A DNA stretch of 64,000 bases. It comes from Spizellomyces punctatus DAOM BR117 (taxonomy: Eukaryota). The stretch lies in assembly GCA_000182565.2 (NCBI GenBank), contig KQ257469.1; one strand, given 5' to 3'. The position numbers and the translations under genes are program-made. The notes beneath the pieces were generated by a model that searched no databases, was not told where the DNA came from, and worked only from the letters and a program-made list of their open reading frames with translations. This document shows, in pieces, positions 41,987 through 53,511 of the stretch (within the stretch, counting starts at the first letter, position 1; every line of letters starts with the position of its first letter).

Positions 41987-43460
41987 CTACAACTTACTAT
42001 GGCTAACCTGAAGTTGCTTCTCTCTGTCAAGGACTTGACCAAGTCTCTCTAATCCAAGGCTCAATAGCGGCCATGACACAGTGAAAACAATGCGAAACCA
42101 CCCTGTCTCGGAAATATTGAACGCTTCACCTGGCAGTATATAAATCCCGCCATCCAAAAGCTTGTACCATAATTTTCTCCAGGGCTCATCCCCACTCTTC
42201 CCAGGAGCTTCAAACCATTTTGATAAATTCACCCTATAACATTATGGAACAGGTATTAGCATCAGGTAGTGGGCAGCGCAATATGAGGGTACGTACAGCA
42301 CAAAAAACCCGCTATCGGCAGTCATGAAAGGTATTTCCATCTTATTCAACTCCCCAACCAACCTCCCGTACTGTTCCTTCATCCTTTTCTGATTCTCCTC
42401 TACAAACCATTCCACCCACTGCTCGTCTTGTAATAGATTAGCAACAGCCCGATCGGCGAGACTGGAAGTGTTCGTGAATAGCGCAAACATCTGCATCGCG
42501 GCCAGTACCTCTGGGTTCCTGGATACGCAAGCACCAACACGCACGCCATTGATGCAAAAATCTTTTGACATGCTCCAAAGAACATGCGTATGCTCCGGAT
42601 CTGGGAGATCTGGGATGGATAAAACGGAGACAAAAGGGTTGGGGTTGATAAAGGTAGACAGAGCATAGATTTCATCAGAAATGACGTGGAGGTTGTGCTC
42701 TTTGGCCCAACGTAGTAAAGGCATAATTTCGGAAATCGAAAGAGCACGACCATGTGGATTTTGAGGATTGGTGAGTAGAAGTGCCCGTACTGTGATGTTA
42801 TCTTCCAGTGCAGCTTGATACGCCCTTTCTAGAGCGCTAACCTCGATCTTGAACGCATTCGCTCCGCTGGTATGAACGTGAATAGGTCGTGCTTCCGCAT
42901 ACTGACATCGGGTAAGTTTAAGAGCGGCGTCGTGACAAAGCATCTTACATCCATACCAGTGTCAAGTCAAAGTCGAAACCCCCATAGTACGGCGTAGGCA
43001 CTAAAATTCCTTCCCCGGGATTGGCAATGGTCTGTGCGATATTATTCACCGTTGCGCCGCAACCAGCATGTATCGTAATCTCATCCGGTCTAATCGCTGT
43101 ACACGGTTTCAAGTACTTGTTGAAAAGGTTGGCAACGGCTTTCCGAAGTGGTTCCGACCCGTGCATTGTTCCGTATTTCAACATATCTTCTGTTACTTGC
43201 CGTATTGAAGAAGAATTGAGCTGTGGATGATGAAAGATAATGAGAAGCTCTCCTAACATCTCTATAGCTCTTGAACGAACCTTCTCCAACAATTCTGGAA
43301 ACATCAAATGGTTTTCCGCCGTTCCCAAATTTACAACACCATTGGGAGACGCAACGGCATCATAGGGATTCGCAAGTGCTCGCGAAAGACCTTCCAATAA
43401 TGGAGACTTGTGCGCTGCGGCCGCTTGTGCTAGCCGCGATGTGCAAGGTCCTTGAGTCAT
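41987..43460 (-). CDS. PLP-dependent class I aminotransferase, ACC-synthase-like
   Basis: NPYDAVASPNGVVNLGTAEN, LVPTPYYGGFDFD, LLTNPQNPHG, ISDEIYA, SMSKDFCINGVRVG (PLP lysine), GWFRIVF. Confidence 0.9.
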
Positions 43461-43795
43461 TTGGAGATAACAAGTATGTACGATCTCACAATGGGCAGAG
43501 CAGATCAATTTCCCAAGATTCAAACATGAGTAATCTGGTTAATTAACTGAGCTGTGCTTATGTAATGAACTTATCCCGTCATTTCCAAAGTTCGGTGCTG
43601 ACAGTCGAGTTTCAAAAAGGCCAAGCTATGGCGAAGTAAAGGGACTACCATCAAGTCAACTTGGCTATTAGATCCAAAGGGCACTGAGTGGACAAGTTCT
43701 ATTCTTTTATGAACTGTTCAAATGTTTCTTTTATATGAGTCCCCGCATACTAAAAACTTGCACTACTGTCAAGACCCAAAAAGTCTGACAAAATA

Positions 43796-46700
43796 TCAAG
43801 GTTTGCCTTTGTCTGTCTGGTTCACAGACGTGCTGGAGCGCATCCTCCACTTTGCTCCGTAAATCATCACGATAACTACGAGCGCTGCACCAGTAACATC
43901 CACCATCGCCACGGACAAGAAAGCGGGCCATAGGCCTACCTTGTTAGTAAAGGGACCAATGATGGCGGAACCAAGGGCTGCCGCTGGGTTACGGAATAAA
44001 CTGTTCAGTGCCACAACACTTGAAGCTGATCCTGGAAAGCTGTCTATGAGGTACGTAGTGTTGCATGAGAAGAGCCAGGTCATCCCAAAGACACCTATTG
44101 CAATATACAATAAGCAAGGGTAACATTTTGATATACACGCAAGATGAGGTACTCACTGATAAAGAGCGACACAAGTAATAGGCTGACATGCCAGTGGAAG
44201 TGTCCCGCAAATCCAAAAAGGGCCAATCCGACTGGAAAGAGGATGATTCCAACCCACTGAGAGCGGATGCGTGATTCTGGCACATGGTCCAATCCCGTAG
44301 CTGACATCGCTTGGTGCAGCTTCCAATCCGCATAGCGGCCGCCAATAGTGGAGCCGAGAATGAATCCCACCCCAGTTGGAATGTAGGAAATGCCCACACG
44401 TGATGCGTCGTATCCGTAAACGTCTTTGAGCACAGCTGGGATTTCGACATTGAGACAGTAAAAAGAACCTGATAATGTCCATGATGGGAGAATGAGAGAA
44501 GTGACTACAAGGTATTCAATAATAACACAAATAACCTACCAAAGATGATACCGATGTAGGTGACGCATAGAGTAATGGACCTGAAGCGGAGGAAACGAAG
44601 TGGTGCAAGGGGATTATACTTTGTAGCAGACTTGGCGGCCTTGGTCTCCTCAAGGATATGCGGGCCAGGGAAGACCAACAGGCCATGGTCGGCGTACACC
44701 TGACCATTGCCAACCTTTGCTCGAAGAGTTTCCGGAAGAAACAACAAAAAGAGTATCCAAGTGACCGCTCCAAGGCCTGCCAGAAAGAAAAAGATCCATC
44801 TCCAACTGGCGTATTCAGTCAGGAAACCACCCAGAACAGGTCCAATGAGAGGTCCCATCTGCGGGCCAAGAAGGAATATCCCCATGGCTCGGCCGCGTTC
44901 GGTAGGTTTAAACAAGTCCGCAATGGTGCCAGCACCAAGAGATTGGACGGATGATGCTCCAATAGCTTGCACAATACGCAGTACGAGAAGGAGAGCATAA
45001 GATTGACTGAATCCAAGAGCAATGCTTGCGGCAACATAGATGGCAAACGATATGAGATACACGTTGCGGCGACCTGCCGAGTCCGCCAAGGTTCCCCATC
45101 CCATTGGCTGTTTGAAACAAGAAAATGCTGTAGTCACAAATGCGAAAAGGATAGAACATTCATGTAGACATTACCGCCACTGCAAAGGTCAACATAAACA
45201 TGGAAACTGTCAAGTTAATCATCGACACGCTGGTACCAAAGGCGGTTCTAATGCTCTCCATGGCAGGTAACTAAAAAGAAATGTCCATCAATGTCCCTTC
45301 GAAACTGTATGCAAAAGACGCATTACTTACATAGATATTACCAGCCAGCGGCCCAAAACCACCCGCCAATGCAATCAAAAATAGCAGGAATCTCCTGCGA
45401 GCAGGGGAATATGCACAATAAGGTTCTGATGCAGCGACTGAAGTAACCGAAAATTTTGTTGGTTCAGAAGACAGTACGATTTCCTTGACCTCGGCAGCGG
45501 GTGCGATTTCAGACCCGGGATCGGGGAGTTTGCTTTGGGTTCCTGCACCCTGTGGTATTTATTAATGGGAGAACCTTTCTTTATCTTTGGAGCAGAGAGA
45601 GATGCCAGACTTACTTTATACAAGCTGGCAAATGGTTGTTCAATGAGTAAATGGCTCGGCCTTCCATCTTCGTAGAACATAAGTTTGGGCTCTTTTTCGC
45701 CCCCGAGTTTAAGCGCATCCTTCTTCTTTGTTACAATACAGAGACCGTTACTGTCAGAGACGACAAGGTTGTGCCATGGAGTGGGTATATGAAACAATGA
45801 AATCTCTGTAGCGTCGCCTCTCTGACCGTCGAGAGTGCCAGCTTGGAAAACAAAATCTTTGTGTATGAGGTTCACTCCAAATTTGGGCCCAGCACAGTTA
45901 TATCTGTATCAATTCGAATCTTTCCGAATCAGATATGCTTCAATTTCTTGATGCTGTCATCTTCTTACTTACGGATGAATGGATATGCGAACATGAATCG
46001 GAAAAAGACGGCCAACAATTGTAGAATAAGCTTGGTTTCGCTAAGTAGGACAGAAGAAATCTTATTATCTGCATCGAATCACATATACAGAGGCTACAGA
46101 GACACTTACTATCAACATCTCCATCGCAATCTTGGAGCATAACTGCTTACGTGCATTTTTGGATGGTAACGCAAGCATTTCCGGCTGTTGCTGGAGATCT
46201 TCCAGTAAGAACCGAGAGAAGCCGCGATAAAGTCCTGTTACAGATGTATTCTGCTTGATTTCCTCATAAAGTGATTTCTCGTCTCTTCCAGCAAGAAGAC
46301 ACAATAGACGACGGGCGTCGTCAGCCGCCGGCAGCACGGACGCAGATGTGTAACGTGGAATGACATAGCAAGATAGACAAGGCAATTGCTCGGGGAAATG
46401 ACCCGGTTCTTCAGTAAATGTGGCGCGACTCGCATCAAGAGAGAGGAGATCATCAAGACCATGGAAGGTGAATATATCTGGCCTCCCTGACATGCTAGCG
46501 ACCGCAGTCCTTAACGTGCGGCCGTACTCGTTGACGCTGACATCCGGAACACCAACTGAGAGCGTAGTGATAAGTAATAAGAGACAATGTAGCTCCTCCA
46601 AATGACTACACACTTACGCAAGTCACTAAAGACATGACCATCAGAAACAATGGCGAATCGAACGCCAGGGACATACACTACTTCAATCATCTCCGCTACT

Positions 46701-47413
46701 TTGACCATAGTCTTGAAAGCGAGCTCTTCTCCTTTATCGGGAAGAGTTCCCAACACCTTGGACTCCTTGTTAGGTGACTTGCAGGGAAACCCGGGAAGGA
46801 TGAACTGAATGGGTAGGCTGCGATCGATGAAGTACTCAATCTTGTAGATGAAAAAGTCTCGCCCGCCCCCAGAGATCCATTGATCGTCGTGCGCCTTGAA
46901 ACGGAAATGACTGTCCAAGATTTCCGCAATGACAGCGGAGAGTTTTTTATTGTTTTCAGACCGCACTGGATGCAGAGACCAAGGCGTCACACGGCATTTA
47001 ATGGTGAGAAGACTCGAGAGGTAATGGATAATATCCGGCATGTTATCATTGTCAGCATCGTCGAGGTGACTGAGCGCTGCAACGCCTTGTATTGCCATAG
47101 ATGAATCCCGGGGAAGTGCCCTCTCATAGAATGTGACCGATTGTGCCGTCGTGAATTGGTCATCAAGTTCGACATTATACTTGTTGAGCTCTCCGTGAAG
47201 TCGAAGCGTAACAGCTCTGTGGCGTGCCGCTTCTTCAATAAAACTTGGTTTCACAAGCGCGGAAATGCTCGTGGGGAGCTGTCTGTCATCATCGGGACTG
47301 ACGGATTTCTCATAGGAAGAAGAAAGAAAATGAAGCTTCCCGTCCGCGTCGCATACATATACGAATAAAATAGCCTCTGTCGGCGATCTTGGCAAAGAGA
47401 TCTTGGTGTTCAT
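43796..47413 (-). CDS. DIT1: Predicted fusion of a Dit1/PvcA-type isocyanide synthase (about 533 aa) and a Dtr1/Qdr-like DHA1 MFS exporter (about 497 aa), 9 exons
   Basis: Exons 47413-46618, 46555-46110, 46040-45973, 45903-45615, 45549-45331, 45270-45175, 45107-44540, 44468-44157 and 44094-43796 give one open frame. Dit1 motifs: LPGFPCKSPN, LPDKGEELA, VSDGHVFSD, LYRGFSRF, RISIH, GPKFGV, HIPTPWHN. MFS motifs: GPLAGNIYLPA, WGTLADSAGRR, WRWIF, PETLRAKVGNG. Confidence 0.85.
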
Positions 47414-47577
47414 CGTGGTGCAGCAAAGCAGGAAGGTCGGACAAGGAAAACCGGACATGGCCGGGTCTGTTTTTATGCAACCTATTGTGCAAACAGAGCA
47501 TTAGAGCCAGCACACTGATGTGGCTTAGCGGGGCCACGCGCCGTTTATGCCATTGGGCAATGCAGTGCTTCACGTCT

Positions 47578-47697
47578 ACACGGGGGTTGTATTTCTGATT
47601 GGGAAGTCTCCCTCAATCTCCCCGATCAGGTCTCAGCCAATCAGAGACAGGAGATTCCACAGCCAATTGCATTAACACCGCGCGTCAACCCCCGTGT
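47578..47697. promoter_or_regulatory. Divergent promoter with nested inverted repeats and CCAAT boxes
   Basis: ACACGGGGGTTG (47578-47589) / CAACCCCCGTGT (47686-47697); TCTGATTGG (47594-47602) / CCAATCAGA (47637-47645). Confidence 0.5.
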
Positions 47698-47834
47698 GCA
47701 TAGTTCCGCAAGAACACCCCCAACACTGCCCAGACGGCCAACAACCGATCAGCTCTTTCTTCTCTCTCGTCTCTCTCCTCAACTTGGTTTTTTTTTTTGC
47801 TTGCTTTCCATCTCTTCTTTGCGTCTCATCCACC

Positions 47835-50054
47835 ATGGCAAACTCGACATCTGACTGCAATATTCTTATCGAAAATCCGCTTCCCAGTGGGGAGAAGCGC
47901 GAGTACACTATCGCTGAGGTGGACCGTAACGCTCCGAAAACCTCTTACGCAAGCCTCAGCAGAACGCGTGCTAGGGTGACCCTGGCTTGGTAGGCCGTCT
48001 TCTCTTTGGAACATGTCGTCGTTGTCTAACGTCACTGCTAGCGTCACTCTTGCGTACCTCATTGTCAACCTGGACGGGTCTTCCCCGTCCCTTATGACGA
48101 TTGGCAAAGACCTTGGCGCTTCTTCCCAAGAGCTTCCTTGGATTTTCAATGCATTCACGCTCGTTTCTACCCCTCTCATTCCGCTTTGGAGCCGTTTGGC
48201 TGTTGCATTTGGAGAGAGGACTTGCGTTAGCATTGGATTGCTGACGTTTGTCGCCGGTTCAATTGGCGCTGGTGCATCTAAAAGCATGGAGTCCCTTGCC
48301 ACCTTTCGTGGTTTGCAGGGACTCGGAAATTCCGCAATCACCGCCATGTCTCTCATTGTTTTCACTGGTGAGCGCTTAAGTTTTATTTCTGTTAAACTCG
48401 TGAAAATCGGTACCAATGATATCGTTCTTCAGATCTCTACCCGATTCATAAGCGTGGATTTGCATTCAATATTATTGGTGCTGCCATGGGCCTCGCAATG
48501 GTGATGATACACTTCATGGTTTTCACTCTTTGGCAGTTCAAGATGTTGATGCCGGTTCTTTTATTCACTTAGATTTTGGGCCCTGTTGTTGGCGGCTCGG
48601 TATGTAGCACGGTGCTCCAGGTAGTTTAAACCTTGCCGTCATTTAACCAATTCACTGCGCAGATTACGGACAATACTTCCATGGGCTGGAGATGGATCTA
48701 TTATATTCTCGTTCCGTTGTCTGTTTTCCTCTTGCCGCTTCCAGTATTGGTACAAAACTCTGGTGATCGAAAAACCAGTCGCGGAGCCCTGAAGGATATT
48801 GATTTCATTGGCTTCTTCCTCCTGGTTGCTACCGCAGTGTGTCTTCTATTGGCACTTCAATGGGGTGGATCCCAGTATGAATGGTCTTCTGGTGTCATTA
48901 TCGGACTGTTCTGTGCTGCTGGTGTTGCATTGGCAACCTTTGTATACGTAAGCTGATACTTGGGTTTCCTCCTCTGCAAATCGCATTTGACTAATTCTAT
49001 TGCGCCAGGTGGAAATATATGTTGCAGTGCAACCTGTGATGCCCCCGCATATGTTTAAATCTGTCAACGCCAATGCAGTCTTTCGTAAGTATACAAGTCT
49101 GCTTTTGTTATATTGATTAGCCAGCTAACCATTTGCCTGCAGTTCTGAACTTTTTCCAAGCAGGCGCTTCGATGGCTTTTATGATGTACGGGCCCATGTT
49201 CTATAAGGGCGACAAGGGTGATACAGCTCTACAATCTGCTGTTGATGTCTCTCTTCCCCTGAACTTGTCTTGGTAATTAGAGTCTGCTTTAGCAATTGAG
49301 TTCCAGCTGATCTAAAGTTGCAACACTAGGATGGTGTTTGGTATCGCTTCCTCCCGACTTTTGCCTTATGTTCGCGCCAATCACCTGGTGATCTTGGGTA
49401 CCGCACTTACAACACTAGGGACAGGTCTCTTCTCCCTAGCAGTTTCCCAAGGAGTGCCAAACAAGGGGGTTGCAGCGCTTTACCTCATGATTTTTGGTGC
49501 TGGACAAGGGTTCTCCACGCAGAACAGCTTTCTGGTAGCCCAAGCACATTTACCCGAAGGAGGTGACGCCAAGGTCATGTCCAATTTGCCCGCATACTTT
49601 CACCGCATTGGAGGAAGCATCCTAGTCGCGGTTCTTTCTAGCATCTACAAGCACGCCAATGGTAACGGAGGAATGAGTATGGGTAGCGGAGGTGGTATGA
49701 ACATGAGCGGGGGAACGAGCGGTGGAACGAGCGGTGGAATGGGCGGTGGAATGCAGGTATGTGTCTTGTGTCAGGTATTCGATACACGCATCAAACTCAA
49801 ACCTTTTATGAAAGGCACGAGACTCTATGACAATGACAATGCCAATGCCGAACAGTTCCGGCTCACAAGGAGGCATGAACATGGGCGGCAGCAATTCTAC
49901 GTCAATGGGCGGGTCGAGCATGCACATGGGTTCTACTATTGACGGTACCACTGCTGCATTCCGATGGTCCATTCTGTTTGCCGGGCTCTCGTTTCTTCTT
50001 GCATTTGGCCTCAAAAACACTTGGGTAAAACTCGGTCAAAGGATGGCTCATTAG
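47835..50054 (+). CDS. 14-TM MFS (DHA2-type) transporter with a Met/Gly-rich loop before the last TM
   Basis: LPWIFNAFTLVST...WSRLAVAFG, FRGLQGLG, GWRWIYYI, DFIG, LLLALQWGGSQYEWSS; several short introns. Confidence 0.88.
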
Positions 50055-50819
50055 CTAGTTTACTTCGTCTAGCAGTTTCTGTAGCAAGTTTTCATTTTGT
50101 TTGTTCACGCGAATTCTTATTGTCCAAGTTTAAATACAAATGTGCAACTAGCTTTGAGCTTTACTGCATGCATGCTTGTAGTGAAAAATACCCAATGCCT
50201 TATTGCTTTCATCCTTTAAGTTTCTTCCTTTATATTGTAAAAAGTATCGGGCCCTTCCTCTGAGAGGAGCGCTCGTCATCGCTACAAATGCAGCTCGGAG
50301 CACGTCCGCGCTCCTACCACTTACGTCCCGCGCGGCAAAATCCCTGACACTCCAACAGGAGCAACACCGTCGCTTTTCAACGACGGACCATTAAACGTAT
50401 TTCCGGTATCCGTTTTCGACCGAGTCGAGTTTAACGCCGATCCCGAGGCGATCTTCCCCCCTCTCTCCAACCATAGAAAGAAAACAAGAACACCAAAGAA
50501 AGAGAGAATGTTGGAGAGGTCGGCGAGGAGTATAGAAGTGCGGGGGGAAGAGGAAAGGTCGCCTTTTTATAACCCTGGAGGACTGCGCTTCGCTCAAGTC
50601 TTTTTGCCAATGTCATCCTTCTTCTCCAATAAGAACTCGTCCCTTTCACCTCCTGGCGGAATTCCTCGGGTGCTGACCTCTCTCCTTGATGACAGCGTAA
50701 GATTATGTAAACGCGTAAAGTCATTTTGTTTATATTTTCCCACGGTCCCATTTTGACATCGTTTTGACATGTTCCTACCAAGATTCTACATGCAGCGAGC
50801 TTAATTCTGCAAATACACC

Positions 50820-52761
50820 TTACTCTAACCGCTCAAACTGTAGCCGCAGTCCAACAGGAGCCAGCAATCCACCCGGCGTCATCTTGACTTTTGCATCCCC
50901 AGTCAGGTCCCAAGTGTATTGGTGCAGCAAGACAGCTGCAATGGTTTGCATTTCTGTAAGCGCAAGTTTCATTCCTAGACCTTTACAAAGAACGCAGAAC
51001 GGTTAGATTCCGAAATGGGATAAACAGTTATGATCTTACTGAGCACTTACACTTTCGCTCCCCTTCGGAAAACGGAACCCACTCATACCTTCCCACTCCA
51101 TCTCCGAACCTTTCCGGATCAAATACCTCTGGATCCTTCCATACACGCCGATCATGGTGCGCTCCAAAAGCGTGCCAGCCTACATATGTTTGGGCAGGGA
51201 TAATGAACCGCCCGAGAAACGTGGGACGAGTCGTGCAGCGATTGATGAGCATTGGAATGGGTGGGTACATTCGTAGAGTTTCTTTTACAACTCTTTGGAG
51301 ATAAGGGAGCGAAGGCATGCGTTCTGCCGTGGTTAGCTCTTCTAACGAGTATGCCTGAACTTCAGCTCGAGCTTTGTCTTGAACGTCCTAGAGGGTGAGT
51401 GAATTTAGAATAACCTAACGTCGATGGCAGTCGATCACGTTTTACCTGGTGTTTGGCAAGAAGGTAAAGCAACGACGTTAAAGCCTGCTGAACATTCTCG
51501 TGCCCCGCAACAAAGATGACCATCAAATTGTCCTAATCATTGCAAGTTATCGCTGTGATTTGCATACATAGACCAAGACTCGCATACCAACCCTGAATTC
51601 CTTCTTCGTCAATATTCCACTCTCATACGCCTTCACCAACCTGGCGATAATTGTTAGAACTTGGTTATCCTCTTCAACGGCCTTTTCAGCTGCTTCAAAC
51701 AGCACGCTCTCCATCCAATCAATGCGACGTCGGGCATCAATGCGACTTTTTATAGGCAGCCGATCAAGAACTGGAAAGAAAAGAAAGAGGGGCTTGAAGA
51801 TGCTCTTCTTAACTATCGAATGCGCAACGGAAATTGCTGTATTGGGGTTTTTGATGGCCTTTGCAATTTCGTGTGAGATGAGACATTTCCAATCATGAAG
51901 GAATTGCAGCCCACATTGAATTTTTTGCCAAACGCGGCCATTCCAATACCATCCATTGAGAGTCTAAAAGCCAAGTGTTCGACGATGAGCGGTTCTCATG
52001 TTAGGGGCGCCACTAGTTGGTGGGTAGGGGCCTCACTCACCGTTGCATTAGATTGTTTGTTTCAACTACTTCCGCATTTTTGCACTTCTTGTCTATTTCC
52101 TCAATCATGTCCTTCACGCATTCTTGAAAGACGGCAGGCTTCCAATGCTGTCGAAACCCAGGTGCAAGAACTGTGCGGAAGCGTTGCCATGCCTGTTGAC
52201 ATCCAACAAAACCATAAGTCGGATGGCAAAGAATTGAATCGGCAAGCACTTTCACTTACTTCCTCACGGGTTGAAATGATATTGGCACCCAAGAAGTATG
52301 CCAAAACAGAATGGGGAATCTTTTCATTGTTGCCAGATTTCACAAAGTCATCTGGTATGGAAGCACACATGTAAGCGATGTCCGTACGCCGTCCTCCCAA
52401 CTCGGATACTTGCCGGTTCTACTATAGATTTCTCTCGACATGTCTGGATGCCCGGCAACAATGTTCCAGCGCCCTCCAAACCACATCTACAGCAGATACC
52501 CAGGGCCATGAGCACGTCGCTGTCAGTCGCAATCACAGGAGATCCTACCGCGACAACGCCTTCTTTTTCCATCAAAGGGCGTATGTATCTCATGTATATC
52601 TCATCTTGTCCAAGCTTTGTGACAAACCCTAGTGTGGAGACCCAAAAAGGCACCACCGGAATGTCTTTTGGAAACGAGGACGGAGGAAAGAGGATGCTAC
52701 GTAAGAAGCGTAGTAAGACTAGGGCAAGGAAGAACAGTAGAAGGGCTATGAGGTCGGACAT
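50820..52761 (-). CDS. DIT2: Cytochrome P450, Dit2/CYP56-like (multi-exon, one GC-AG intron)
   Basis: N-terminal anchor plus FPPSSFPKDIPVVPFWV, GQDEIY, FGGRWNI, KSGNNEKIPHSVLA (CYP56-like), IFVAGHEN, KETLRMYPP, FDPERF and the heme motif PFSEGERKCLG. Confidence 0.88.
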
Positions 52762-53511
52762 TCTCGATGAGATCTGTCTGACTACGTGTTAGTACATGAA
52801 AGCGAAACCCCGCTGTCCGAAGGGTAGGACTAACGGCTAACGAAATCTGACTTCCTGGGCTGCTTACGCGAAACCGTTATACCGAACGTTCTGTGTTTTT
52901 GGGTGTACCTTGGCAACCAGGAGGCAGTACACGGAGGAATGTAAGTCTCCTTTCGTGTTCTGATTGAGATCAAAAACACGAGATCGTGGGAGACGTCAAA
53001 TATGTGCGGGAACCGTAGGGGCACTGCGACGGGCGTCACAATATTGGATGACTTCCGATCTCTCTCCGAGCGCCTATTCTTACAACCGGCCAAAATGTAT
53101 GTCCTTTGAGGACTCTCTCCGTTGTGTTGAAACTGACTGCCTACGATCACATCGAATGCTCATGCAAAAATCTCGAACACTTGCGCGTGTTGTTCACTGC
53201 AGTGCTGTGCCATCCGTTCCACCAATCGCAATAGGGGCGCGTGTTATTCCAAGCATACCAGGAAACTCAGGCTCGGCAAGCGACTGGCAGGTCGACAGGG
53301 GGGGTTACCGGAAGTCTCCTTCATGACATTGTTTTGTCTTGCGTAATTTATAAAATAAGGAAGTCGTCTTGCATGCTTTGGACATCTCCCGCAATCTACA
53401 CCAACGGGGAGGATTAAGCTCTCGCGTGACAACCATCCTGCGCCACTCCAATGGCAATAAAAGCGCGCGTTTCGCCGGCAGTCGTCTATTCTTGCTTGTT
53501 TGCAGCTAACA

